Source: Marsupella aquatica
Lineage: Eukaryota; Plantae; Marchantiophyta
NCBI GenBank assembly: GCA_973895155.1
Contig: OZ316891.1
Span: 26,777,972 to 26,841,971 of the forward strand
Direction: 5' to 3'
Length of the DNA: 64,000 nt
The first letter of the stretch is position 1. The number at the start of each line of letters is the position of its first letter. A program made the position numbers and the translations under genes. This document shows positions 39,552 to 50,559 of the stretch, piece by piece. A model generated the notes under the pieces. The model ran no database searches and was not told the origin of the DNA. It saw nothing but the letters and a program-made list of their open reading frames with translations.

Positions 39552-40552
39552 GATCGATTCAACTTTCGTTCCTCTGAACGCAATCGTCGACGTCCAACCT
39601 CACTTCCGTAGCTAGCTAGATGACGTCCTTAATTAATCAGAAGAGGATTCCTTGCCTCCTCCCTCCTCCGTCCAGAAAGGAATTGATCCCGCGCTTCGTG
39701 TTGTTCCGGAACGCGAACATCAGCCAGAAACCGATGTCGAACGTGTTGTCCTCTCGAGCTCAAGCTCATGTGGGATGGATCGATGAATGCAGAGCAAACG
39801 GTAAGCCACCTGAAAGTGATTGAAATTCGAACAGCTAACGCGGCGAGAAACTTTGACTAACAATGCGGTTAGCCCTCGATCGAGATACTTAGTATTTGAC
39901 CCTCAGGATCGACCAGAAATATCCGGGAACACAAATCGATCATGCGCAGGCCTATATCTCCGAGGCTTCCGACCGCGGCGCACTTTGCAGCATGAGCGAT
40001 ATAAAACTATATGGAGATCGAAAGAAGCCAAGAACACGAACAGTGTTCATGAGCGGGTTCATGAGTAAGTGCCACAGTGCCGGTTTAGTTTTCAAGTCAG
40101 CTTCGCACTGTAGGGAAACGATCCGTCATAGAATGCTCAAATGGAGCTAGGAGAGAACAATCAGCACCAAGACAAAAGCCAAGAGGAGCGCAAGCAAACT
40201 GCTCCGGCAACGCATGTTCGAGAGCGAATAAATGCCCAGTCAAAACATGTGATCATTTGACTTGATTCCAGGAAAAACGCTCAGCACTATTCCTGTGAAC
40301 AATTCATGTGTCACTTATCTCAAAGCAGAAACATCTTCCGAACCTACCGATGGCAAGCTTAATTTATATCACTGAAGGTTGCTGTATCAAAACTACATAT
40401 GATCAAAGAGAATCGCTGACGTAGCAAATGGTATATCATCGAGTATCGACTGAATTGTAGGAATTGCATGCCAAGCCAGGTGAATAACCCATTAATACAC
40501 TGCATAGAGCTAGAAATTCACTGTCTTATACAACCCCGGCCATGCAAACGAG

Positions 40553-40667
40553 CTACTGCCTGGAAGTGTGGAACTGAAGTGAATTGCTTATTATCATCAT
40601 TTGCAATTTGTACTGCCTGGAAGTGTGGAACCGAAGTGAATTGCTTATTATCATCATTTGCAATTTG
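40553..40667. repeat. 57-bp tandem duplication, near-perfect
   Basis: tactgcctggaagtgtggaac(t/c)gaagtgaattgcttattatcatcatttgcaatttg occurs twice. Confidence 0.95.
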
Positions 40668-41351
40668 TAATGATGCATTTTTCAGATGGCCAAGTTTCAC
40701 CTGACCGGAACAGATCGCGATTTAAGCGAAGAGATATACATGCTCGCGTTCAAATGAGAGCTGTCGTGCACAGATCGTTACAACTTACAAAATTCGCTCT
40801 TTTGACACCCCGCAGTACTGAGTAATAACTCAGCGCACAGGCAGGCGAAGAACGGGGATGTGGGGGGTTGATGTGCAATAAAGCTCCTAAAGATGTCGAA
40901 CATTCGTACGCATCGCACCTCGAAGTACATACGGTGTGCAGGTACAGTTCAGATTGCCGAAAAATATGGGCCAGAGATCGAGACCTGTCGATGGGCTACT
41001 ATCAGCATTATCATCCGCACCCACTCCAGCACCATCAATTCTAATTAATCTCTCAAGTATCCGCGATCTTTAGTGCTCATGACTGTGCCCCTCCATGTAA
41101 AAGCAACGAATGTCTCATTGCTCTCATTACAGTCTTGAGTACGAAAGTAAAGCGATGAATGAAGAGACGAAGATCCTGAAGCATAACTGGTGTACCGTAA
41201 GAAGGGTGAACGTCTAACGAACGTGCGGACAGCCACAGCCGTGCTGAGCGAGCGAGCAAGACGGCGGAAAGGGAGGCAGCAAGTGGATGCTGTGCATGTG
41301 CTGTACTGGACTGTACTCATACGTGAGTATTGTTGACGACGATTGGAATGA

Positions 41352-41670
41352 GCGAGATGTATGCCTAAGTAAAATCAGTGGGTGACAGAAAGAGCAAGCT
41401 GTAAACTCGGTGCTGATGGAGAGAGAAACGGAGTTGCGAAGATTGGAAATTTGGAATTGTACTGTGTGGGAGCAAGACTGTACTACAGTAGTCTGGTCTG
41501 GTCTGGTCTGGAGAAATTGGAGGCGAGATGTATGCCTAAATAAAATCAGTGGGTGAGAGAAAAGCGAGCTGTAAACTCGGTGCTGATGGAGAGAGAACCG
41601 GAGTTGCGAAGATTGGAATTGCACTGTGTGGGAGCAAGACTGTACTACTGTACTAGTCTGGTCTGGAGAA
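41352..41670. repeat. ~171-bp tandem duplication
   Basis: gcgagatgtatgcctaa.taaaatcagtgggtga...gctgtaaactcggtgctgatggagagag...gtctggtctggagaaa occurs twice. Confidence 0.92.
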
Positions 41671-41834
41671 AATTAAAGCTTCGTACGTAGCTGCGCGATT
41701 TCCTCGCTCTGATGGATATGGATGAATCGAGAGAAGTACCGTAGTCAGGGTGTTGGCTCTGACTTATGGAGGTCGATTTCCTCGATGTAATGGATCGAGA
41801 GCACCACTCAGGTTATTGCTTGCTGGCTCTCACA

Positions 41835-41842
41835 TATATATA
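41835..41842 (-). promoter_or_regulatory. Candidate TATA box of the RALF gene (implies a long intron-containing 5' UTR)
   Basis: cTATATATA at the transition to AT-rich DNA. A candidate acceptor actttcag| lies at ~39811 upstream of the ATG. Confidence 0.4.
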
Positions 41843-41947
41843 GTGGGAGAGGGCTCATTCCGATCGAATACAATGGGTCCAGAGGTCAAATTGGAGGATG
41901 GACAGATATTTCTTTGAGAATCTTATATATATTATTTTAAATTATTA

Positions 41948-42073
41948 TTTTTGCTGTAGTGGGTGGTCTATAACCACAATAATGACCTAACTGAATAAAA
42001 ATAATATAATCATCTACAGTACTTATATTGTCTTTGTATTTTAATATTATATTATAATATAACCAGCCCAGGC
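41948..42073 (+). repeat. Direct repeat C, copy 1
   Basis: tgtagtgg.tg.tctataa..acaataatgacctaactgaataaaaataatataatcat...tataacc is shared with 49362-49483. Confidence 0.85.
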
Positions 42074-42732
42074 CATAGACTGATATTTCTTTGATAATTT
42101 TTTGCCCACCTATATATATATATTATTTTATTCTAATTAGTTCGTGGATCTCCTGGCTACATTTCTTAGGCCTTGTTTGAGTAAAATGAATGTATGTAAT
42201 ATTATCTTTAACTCAAGTTGTGAGAGGTTATTATGGTCCAAAATGCTATGGTATCACATATTATTCTGATGAGATAGTTTTACAAATTTTAATGAAAGCA
42301 TAGGAGAAATTAATTACCTCAGTAATATGTGATTTTGTAATCTTCTTCATAATGACCAGGAAAATAAGGGACTTTAGCTTGCGTTTTGAGAGGCTAATGT
42401 GGTCCATAATGCTCAGCTAGCATACATTAAAACACTTAAGATCTATGAGATATTTTCACTAATTTTAGAACATTAATTAATACACCCAAGGCATAGTTAG
42501 TTAATGGCATAGTTTATTAATTAAGTAAATGGCACTATATTTGACCACTGAAGTGCCCTGGGCACTAAATTTGAGTTGAGAAGAGTACTTTCTCAAGATC
42601 AATTGAGATATCTTCTTTTCTCAACAAGGAACCCTAAGCTTTCTAGTAGCTGAGTCCTCTTTAGAATTATTGTCGCCCGATTTGTCAATGTACTTTCAAA
42701 TAATTGGAAATCTTGGAGATTTCACTGACGTC

Positions 42733-43189
42733 TGTTGAGCATAGACGACGATCGCAACGGCAAGCCCATGAACCATCCAACGCACAATAGTCGACACAAG
42801 AGATATGTGGTTCACCTCCTTGAGGCTACGTCCACGGGAACACACAAGAGAGCTTTATTGAACTCTAAGCCCGTCGGCTATACCGAGTCTCCACAGTATA
42901 AGCTCTCCCTATCTCTCAAGTGGCTCCATAACAATGAGCCTTGGTTCTACCTCTCCAAGCACACATGCCTCTTATGATATAGTGTGCAACTTAGTTGTAC
43001 CTAACCACATAGTTGTACCTAACCACATAGTTGTACCTAATCACGTAGTTGTACCTAATCACGTAGTTGTACCTAACCACATAGTTGTACCTAATCACGT
43101 AGTTGTACCTAACCACGTAGTTGTACCAACCCACGTTGTTGTACCAACCACGTCATACCTAACCTAGACGTAAGAGTAAATACCCAACA
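42733..43189 (-). repeat. 3' LTR (457 bp) containing an 18-bp minisatellite
   Basis: tgttgagc...cccaaca; matches 48042-48516. Confidence 0.97.
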
Positions 43190-43200
43190 ATCTTCCCCTT
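43190..43200 (-). other. Polypurine tract
   Basis: Minus strand AAGGGGAAGAT abuts the 3' LTR. Confidence 0.9.
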
Positions 43201-43380
43201 GACTCTGGTCTAGGGGAGAGTAATACTGCCAATGTATATGATCCCTCAGCGGGAAGTTCTGGACAGAAACCAAACCGGTTTCCCTCTCTAACTAGAGCAA
43301 ACCAGAACTAAGCCGTAGCCTAATACATAGGAATGAGGAAAAGCATATATCAGTAATTACAATGAATGTTTAAGAAAACT

Positions 43381-46300
43381 CTACTTATGATGCAATTGCA
43401 AAACCTGCAATACGTCACGGTGTCTAGAGAAACTCTCCAAAGGAATCACTTTGGTAAATGCGTCAGCCGGGTTGAGTTTACCATCAATCTTGACTAGCTC
43501 AAACAAATTATCAGACACAGCCTGCCTGATAAAATGGTACCTGACGTCAATGTGCTTCACTCTGTTGTCCATCACCTGGTTCACAGCAAGGTGGAGCGCA
43601 CTTTGACTATCACAATGGAGCTTCACATTCCCCTGTGGCAATCCCATTTTAGTGATAAGTCTATCCAACCAAATCGCTTCCTTTGCTGCTTCCGCAGCTG
43701 CAACATACTCCGCTTCTGTAGTAGACTGAGCAATACACTTCTGCAAAGTAGACCTCCAACTTATGCATCCACCGCCAAGTGTGAACACGTATCCTGTTGT
43801 TGATCTCCTTCGGTCCAAATCTTGTCCATAGTCAGAATCTACATAGCCAATCAATGATCTAGCATTCTTTGCATTCGCATCAAATAAAAGACCATGATCC
43901 ACGGTACCCTTCAAGTACCTGATAATCCACTTCACTGCTTCCCAGTGTACCTTCCCTGGATTCGACATGTACCTGCTCACCTTGCCCATAGCCATGGCAA
44001 GATCAGGTCTAGTGCAAGTCATCAAATACATGAGACTCCCCACTGCCTTGTCATATGGAACCTTTGACATCAACCCCTTCTCTGTGTCATCCGTAGGACA
44101 GAACGCTGATGATAACTTGAAGTGTGGAGCCAACGGGGTACTTACTGGCTTGCTATTCTCCATGTTGAACCTTGCAATTACCTTCCTCGCATAATTGCTC
44201 TGCGTCAACCATAGCTTGCCAGCCTCCAAGTCCCTAGTGATCTCCATACCCAAAATCCTCTTAGCTGGCCCTAAGTCCTTCATCTTAAACTCTGCACTAA
44301 GCAGTGCCTTGAGCTTAACAATCTCAGACCTATCCTTGGCTGCAATTAGCATGTCATCCACATAAAGTACTAAAACAATGAACCCAAAGACAACATTCTT
44401 CACCGGTTTCAAATACACACAAGGGTCAAATACACTTCTGTGAAAACCTTGTGACCGAATCCAATCGTCAAACCGCTTGTTCCACTGTCTTGGTGACTGC
44501 TTCAACCCATACAAGGATTTCAGCAATCTGCAAACCAATTCCTCCTGTCCTCTCTTCACAAAACCTAGCGGTTGTCTCATGAAGATCACCTCTTCCAATG
44601 TACCATAGAGGAAAGTTGTGACAACATCCATCTGATCTAGGAGCAGACCAAACATTACAACAAGTACACACAATAGTCGTATTGTAGAGTACTTAGCAAC
44701 TGGTGAGAAGACCTCATTGTAATCCACACCTTTCTCTTGTGTGAATCCCTTTGCTACCAATCTAGCCTTGTAGACCTTCGATCCACCTCCTATGGAATTA
44801 TCCTTCAGCTTGTAAATCCACTTGCTGTCCACCACTTGCTGACCCTTAGGCAGCTTAACAAGCTCCCAAGTTTTGTTGTCCTTTAGTGACTGCATCTCCG
44901 TTTGCATTGCTGCAGTCCACTTCTGCTTCTCCTTTGAAGCACTTGCCTCATGAAATGAAGAAGGTTCTCCTTCTTCCAAAATTAACGCATCACCCTCATC
45001 ATCAGCTGTAAAATCATCCTCTTGCAGTTGAGATGAATCAACCCACTGTCCATACCTTGATGGAGCGCGTACAGTGCGACCAGATGTTCTTCTAGCCGAT
45101 GACTCCGGTTGATCTGCGTGTGCTGGTACAATTTGAAGCTCAACAGCATCCACTTGCTGCTCACCAGCATCAACAAACTCCTCTGGTTCCTCTGGCATAG
45201 GAACCAGCTCCATAATTGGAGCAACTCCTTCTCTCCGGTCATGCACCTCATAACCAATCTCCCCCTCAACGAGATCCGGGATAGGAGATTTTCCTTTGTC
45301 AGTACGGGAGACCTGAGTATTCTCCCCCTCCTTCAATAATCTGGATTCATTGAAGGAAACATCCCTACTGACAACGAGCTTACAGGCAATAGGATCCCAT
45401 AGCCTATAGGCTTTCACACCACTCTGGTACCCAAGAAAAACACATTTCCTGGAGGTAGGATCCAACTTGGTCCTATTCTGCTTTGGTGTGAGAGCATATG
45501 CATCACTTCCAAAAATTACCAAGCCATGATAGTCTGCTTGCCGCTTATAGCGCATCTCAAACGGCGTTTTGAAATTGATAGCACTAGAAGGAGAAAGATT
45601 TACCAAATAAGCTGCGGTATTGACAGCTTCTGCCCAAAATTCTTGTGGTAAACCTGATTGGCTCAACATACTCCGTGACCGCTCCAACAGTGTCCGATTG
45701 AGCCTCTGAGCGACACCATTCTGCTGCGGAGTATAAACTGTGGTGAGATGGCGAGTTATCCCCTGTTCTGAACAGTACTCTTCAAATTCCATTGAAGTGT
45801 ACTCCCCACCGTTGTCTGACCTTAGACTCTTCACCCTTGTATCCAAACACTTGATCGTGTTTCCAGTCTGATTCTCCACCTGGGCCTTCCACTTCTTAAA
45901 AATGGACAAGACATCAGACTTATGCGTCATGAAATAAATCCACACAAATCTTGAGTAATCATCAATAAATGATACATAGTACAACTTTCCAGAGTGTGAG
46001 GGAGTCGGGGATGGACCCCACACGTCACTATGTATGTACTCAAGAACCGCTTTGGAACGATGAGTTCCAACACCAAAAGCACGACGATGCTGCTTTCCAA
46101 GAATGCAATGCTCACAAAACTCTAATTTACAAGATTGCAAATCAGAAATGAGTCCATTCTTCTGTAAGATAGCCAAACCCTTCTCACTCATGTGGCATAG
46201 CCGTGAATGCCACAGTTGAGTCATCTCCTCGTGAGACTTGGTTACATTGGCCTCTCCACATACAGTATTGCCCTGTAACACATACAAATTCTTTTGTCTA

Positions 46301-46653
46301 CTCCCCTTCAAAATCACTGTCTCTCCCGACCTGACTTGAAGTTCACCATCAATAACGCTCCATTGATGACCATTTGAATCCAACACACCGAGTGAAATCA
46401 GATTCTTACGCATGCCAGGTACATACCTGACTCCGGACACTGTGCGCACAGCACCATCAAATATTTGAATCTTCACAGACCCAATTCCCTCAATTTGACA
46501 GGAGTGATCATTTCCCATCAGAACTGAACCGTTTGAAATAGAGTAAGAACTGAAAAACTCACGAATGTAACAAATATGAAAAGAGCAAGCACAATCAAAA
46601 ATCCACACATCATCTGCTCTCCTAGATGACGTGCACAGGGCATACCCCCGGCT
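43381..46653 (-). CDS. Copia Pol (protease, integrase, RT, RNase H), in frame with gag behind one TGA
   Basis: WIFDCACSFH (protease), LWHSRLCH/CEHC (HHCC), HSDVWGP, LRSDNGGEY, PQQNGVAQR, KARLVAKGF, LKSLYGLKQSPRQW, YVDDML, YVDSD, TEAEYVA, KHIDVRYHF, NPADAFTK. There is no ATG before the protease motif. Confidence 0.95.
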   Translation of the reverse strand, partial: SRGYALCTSSRRADDVWIFDCACSFHICYIREFFSSYSISNGSVLMGNDHSCQIEGIGSVKIQIFDGAVRTVSGVRYVPGMRKNLISLGVLDSNGHQWSVIDGELQVRSGETVILKGSRQKNLYVLQGNTVCGEANVTKSHEEMTQLWHSRLCHMSEKGLAILQKNGLISDLQSCKLEFCEHCILGKQHRRAFGVGTHRSKAVLEYIHSDVWGPSPTPSHSGKLYYVSFIDDYSRFVWIYFMTHKSDVLSIFKKWKAQVENQTGNTIKCLDTRVKSLRSDNGGEYTSMEFEEYCSEQGITRHLTTVYTPQQNGVAQRLNRTLLERSRSMLSQSGLPQEFWAEAVNTAAYLVNLSPSSAINFKTPFEMRYKRQADYHGLVIFGSDAYALTPKQNRTKLDPTSRKCVFLGYQSGVKAYRLWDPIACKLVVSRDVSFNESRLLKEGENTQVSRTDKGKSPIPDLVEGEIGYEVHDRREGVAPIMELVPMPEEPEEFVDAGEQQVDAVELQIVPAHADQPESSARRTSGRTVRAPSRYGQWVDSSQLQEDDFTADDEGDALILEEGEPSSFHEASASKEKQKWTAAMQTEMQSLKDNKTWELVKLPKGQQVVDSKWIYKLKDNSIGGGSKVYKARLVAKGFTQEKGVDYNEVFSPVAKYSTIRLLCVLVVMFGLLLDQMDVVTTFLYGTLEEVIFMRQPLGFVKRGQEELVCRLLKSLYGLKQSPRQWNKRFDDWIRSQGFHRSVFDPCVYLKPVKNVVFGFIVLVLYVDDMLIAAKDRSEIVKLKALLSAEFKMKDLGPAKRILGMEITRDLEAGKLWLTQSNYARKVIARFNMENSKPVSTPLAPHFKLSSAFCPTDDTEKGLMSKVPYDKAVGSLMYLMTCTRPDLAMAMGKVSRYMSNPGKVHWEAVKWIIRYLKGTVDHGLLFDANAKNARSLIGYVDSDYGQDLDRRRSTTGYVFTLGGGCISWRSTLQKCIAQSTTEAEYVAAAEAAKEAIWLDRLITKMGLPQGNVKLHCDSQSALHLAVNQVMDNRVKHIDVRYHFIRQAVSDNLFELVKIDGKLNPADAFTKVIPLESFSRHRDVLQVLQLHHK

Positions 46654-47512
46654 TCATAAAACATACTCATCATTGAGTAAATCAGCTTCTCCATCAGCCC
46701 TAGCCACATTTGCCGATGAAGTTTCCGCTGCCTTTCCCTTACAGTCTCGCTTGAAGTGTCCAACTTGGTTGCACTTCCAACATGTCACCTGCCTCCTCTG
46801 AGGGGATTTACCCTTGGACTTAGATCTGGATTTAGATCTAAACTGGGTTCTACGGTCCCCAGTTGGTCGTTGCATACTCCTCCCACGGTTAACATTGAGG
46901 GCAGCACCAGATGATGAAGGCTGTGACGTGATGTGCATCTTCTGCTGAAGATCATCACTAAGCAGAGAACTTACCACGTCATTGTATGAAATGGTATCCC
47001 TATCACGATGCAACAACACTCGTGATAGGGACTGGTAAGATGGAGGCAATGAACTAAGAAGCTGCAGAGCCTTCGTCTCATCATTCAAAGTCTCCCCAAG
47101 GTTTTCCAAGTCAACGACCATGTCGTTGAAAGCATCCACATGGTCTTGCAACTTCGTACCAGATTCCTTCATCCTGAAACTCATCAGTTTGTAGGAAGTG
47201 TAGAGCCGGTTCGACAACTCCTTGCGGTGATACTTGCTCTGCAATTCCGCAAATAAGGACATGCAATCCTTATGTGCACCCAACTGCTTGATGATGGGAG
47301 GCATGAGATAGAGTGTAACACACCACACTCCCTGCTCCTGCATGCGGTCCCATTGTTTCTCATCAACATCGTCTTCACGAGGGCTCAGCAGTTGGCCCAT
47401 CCCTGACGCATAAAGCACTCCCTTCACCTGCTTCTCCCATAGCAAGTAGTCAGAGCGCCCATCATACTTTGTCACTTCATACTTGGGTCCCCCAAGCTTG
47501 AAAGTCCCCATC
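46654..47512 (-). CDS. Copia Gag
   Basis: MGTFKLGGPKYEVTKYDGRSDYLLW..., LLSSLPPSY, zinc knuckle CWKCNQVGHFKRDC; ends EYVL-TGA. The start codon is uncertain (the ORF track starts at a GTG at 47589). Confidence 0.93.
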
Positions 47513-48027
47513 TTCTTCTTTACCGTGAGCTCCGGTAGTAGTACTGCTTCCTCCACCACACGCCGCACCGGTGATGGTATTGGTGTCACGTGCTCTTCCT
47601 CCTGCTCCTCTCTCTGCCCCTTGTCAACAACGAATGTTGATCAATTGCACTTGGTGCCATCACCAAGTCCAACAAGGTAATTGATTTTGCTTAGCCTTCC
47701 TCTTTGCATCAAAGAGCCAATCCCGGACTCAAAAACAATCGTCTTGCCTCAATCTCTCCGTTGAGTCAAAACACTTGACGCTTCTCCCTCTGAGTCGATT
47801 GCCAACTTTCTTCACAAAATCCAGAACGACGAAAACTTAGATCTCTCTGCACCACGAGCTCCGTTCAACGATTTCTTCACACCGTTAGAAAGCTCTTGCC
47901 CTGATCTATCCGTTGAGCCCATAAACTCCAAGTTCCATGCGATGGAACTCTGGAAAATCCACCAACACTCAACGCTGGAAAAACCGTCATGAAATCCCGT
48001 CACGAACACACGTCACCTCCCAAGCAT

Positions 48028-48039
48028 GCTCTGATACCA
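48028..48039 (-). other. Primer-binding site (tRNA-iMet)
   Basis: Minus strand TGGTATCAGAGC, 2 nt inside the 5' LTR. Confidence 0.95.
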
Positions 48040-48041
48040 AT

Positions 48042-48516
48042 TGTTGAGCATAGACGACGATCGCAACGGCAAGCCCATGAACCATCCAACGCACAATAGT
48101 CGACACAAGAGATACGTGGTTCACCTTCTTGAGGCTACGTCCACGGGAACACACAAGAGAGCTTTACTGAACTCTAAGCCCGTCGGCTATACCGAGTCTC
48201 CACAGTATAAGCTCTCCCTATCTCTCAAGTGGCTCCATAACAATGAGCCTTGGTTCTACCTCTCCAAGCACACATGCCTCTTATGATATAGTGTGCAACT
48301 TAGTTGTACCTAACCACATAGTTGTACCTAACCACATAGTTGTACCTAATCACGTAGTTGTACCTAACCACATAGTTGTACCTAATCACGTAGTTGTACC
48401 TAACCACATAGTTGTACCTAATCACGTAGTTGTACCTAACCACGTAGTTGTACCAACCCACGTTGTTGTACCAACCACGTCATACCTAACCTAGACGTAA
48501 GAGTAAATACCCAACA
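48042..48516 (-). repeat. 5' LTR (475 bp)
   Basis: Same as the 3' LTR apart from about 3 C/T differences and one extra 18-bp unit. Confidence 0.97.
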
Positions 48517-49361
48517 ACGTCTGAATTTGGCAAGTTTGGAATTAAAGGTTAATAGCCTCATGACCTTGATGCAACTATTCACCAAAATGGAGAAGGGCAA
48601 AGCTTAAGCTTTCAGAAGTTAGAAGTCTGATAGGAAGGGAACCTGGTAGTCATGTTGTGTTGGACAAATATGATAGATTTTACAACTTGCATTGTTTAGA
48701 TTAGATTTTCACACAAATTCACTATGGACCCATTTAACCATGGCCCGAGCAATTTGACATTTTTTCAACTGCCACATGAATACTTTGCTTTGCAGGCCAA
48801 AATCGACAGCATGATAATCACAAGCAGTTGTCAAAATCAGGCCTTTTGCTACATGCAACCAAATTCTCAAGCTAAGAGAGTCAATAGTCAATTCGTGGCA
48901 AGTACATATGAAGCCATATCAATGACTGATCAAATGAATTGTACCAATTCATTAAATTCAAGTTCCAACCATAGATGGCAGTTTGCCTGAATTGCAAAAG
49001 GCTAGAAATCTTACTCCATGTGCTAGTTACCCTTTAACAAGTTATCAAGTTAGTTATTAGTCATTGTTTATTATATGAAAAATAATTTTCAAATCTTTGA
49101 ATTTAATTTTTAAAATTGGATACGTAACTAAAACGGTTACATCTTGATAGTTTTACCCGTCTTGCTCTTTGCATTTTAAATTTTTCACATTTCATTTTAC
49201 GGCATGGCATCCCAAAATTTACACCCAAATTGATGCAAACACGAATGAAAACTGTAAGTTTTATTCACAAAACTGATAAGTCTTGTTTGTTACGGTTGTT
49301 GTTGACGTGGCAGACTCTGGTGCCAGGAATTTTGGAAGGGACCTCTAGTGGGGTCCGTAAT

Positions 49362-49483
49362 TTTTGTTGTTGTAGTGGATGATCTATAATGACAATAATG
49401 ACCTAACTGAATAAAAATAATATAATCATTTACTTATAATGTCTTTGTACTTCAATATTGTAATATAGTATAACCGTCCCAAG
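49362..49483 (+). repeat. Direct repeat C, copy 2
   Basis: Diverged copy of 41948-42073. Confidence 0.85.
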
Positions 49484-50309
49484 CAATGCACCTCCGTTGC
49501 ATGTCAAGGTCAGAAAACTATATTGAGGAGAGAAAGTTGTTGAGAAGAGAAAAAGAAGTTGAAGTGAATAAAAGAAGTTAAGATGAAATTAGATCTTTCA
49601 AATACATGTTCATGACCCAAATAACTAGTTTGTCCCAAATGTGATTCTAGCAACAGTTTCTAAAACTCCCACTCAACTGAGAGTCTACTTAGGGGCCAAA
49701 TGCACTTGGACCTCAACACCCATGTCTATTCTTTTTTGTCTCCCCAACGCAAGCTCCTGTGGGAAACTGAACAACATGTCTTGGTTCAAGTCTTGGTTAC
49801 TGTTTTGACAAGATTCGGCAAGCGAGCAAGATAGGCCCTGCAAACCTTGAGAACCCAAGGCATCCCCAAACTAGTTGAACTCAAGAGGATGTAATCCGTT
49901 TTGAGAGATTTCTAACGCATCCACAAAGTCTTCCAACAAACTTCTTCCAACCAACTTGTCATATTGCCGTTGCCGTAACCGCCGCGCCTCACGACTTGGG
50001 TTGCCTATGGCCCCTAGGGAGACAAGCTCTCACTAAAGCCCTAAAAATTCAAAGTCTGTTTGGGGGTCCGGACGGTCCCCCCTAAGCTTGGTCCGACCAG
50101 CTGCCAATGCTAGTCTAAGTCCTTAGTGTGCACAACCAACTTAGCACACGATTGCCTTTGCTAGTGTAACGCTTCATTGCCCACTAGTCTCCCCATACTT
50201 AGTCCCCACTGGATGGCCATTGCGGAGGCCGAGATCATAGATAGTGGAGCTTGGCGTCAAAGTAAGTGTCGTCGGAGCTAAGTGATAGTGCAGTCGAGTT
50301 CTGCAACTA

Positions 50310-50545
50310 GAAGAAAAGATGTCAATGGGAGAAAAGATGTCAAGGATAAAACACAGATGTAAAAGTGGAAAAAGATGCCTGGCAAGATGTGGAAAAGATA
50401 AGATGTCGAGGTGAGAAAAGATATCGCGAGAAAATAATGTCAAGGTGAGAAAAGAAGTCAAGGTGAGAAAAGATGTCAAGGAGAGAAAGATGTCAAGGTG
50501 AGAAAAAGATACCAAGGTGAGAAAACTATGTCAATGAGAAAAAAC
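50310..50545. repeat. Degenerate ~18-20-bp tandem repeat
   Basis: gaaaagatgtcaaggtga-like units, about 11 copies. Confidence 0.85.
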
Positions 50546-50559
50546 ATGAACAATCTTTT

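Larger units (their letters stand above)
42733..48516 (-). mobile_element. Full-length Ty1/copia LTR retrotransposon (Tnt1/Tork-like), recent insertion
   Basis: Two near-identical TG...CA LTRs, perfect 5-bp TSD acgtc (42728-32 / 48517-21), PBS, PPT and gag-PR-INT-RT-RH order. Confidence 0.98.

Noticed and set aside
42934-43167. (VVPNHI/V)n ORFs here and at 48243-48494
   Set aside because: They translate the 18-bp LTR minisatellite on the antisense strand.
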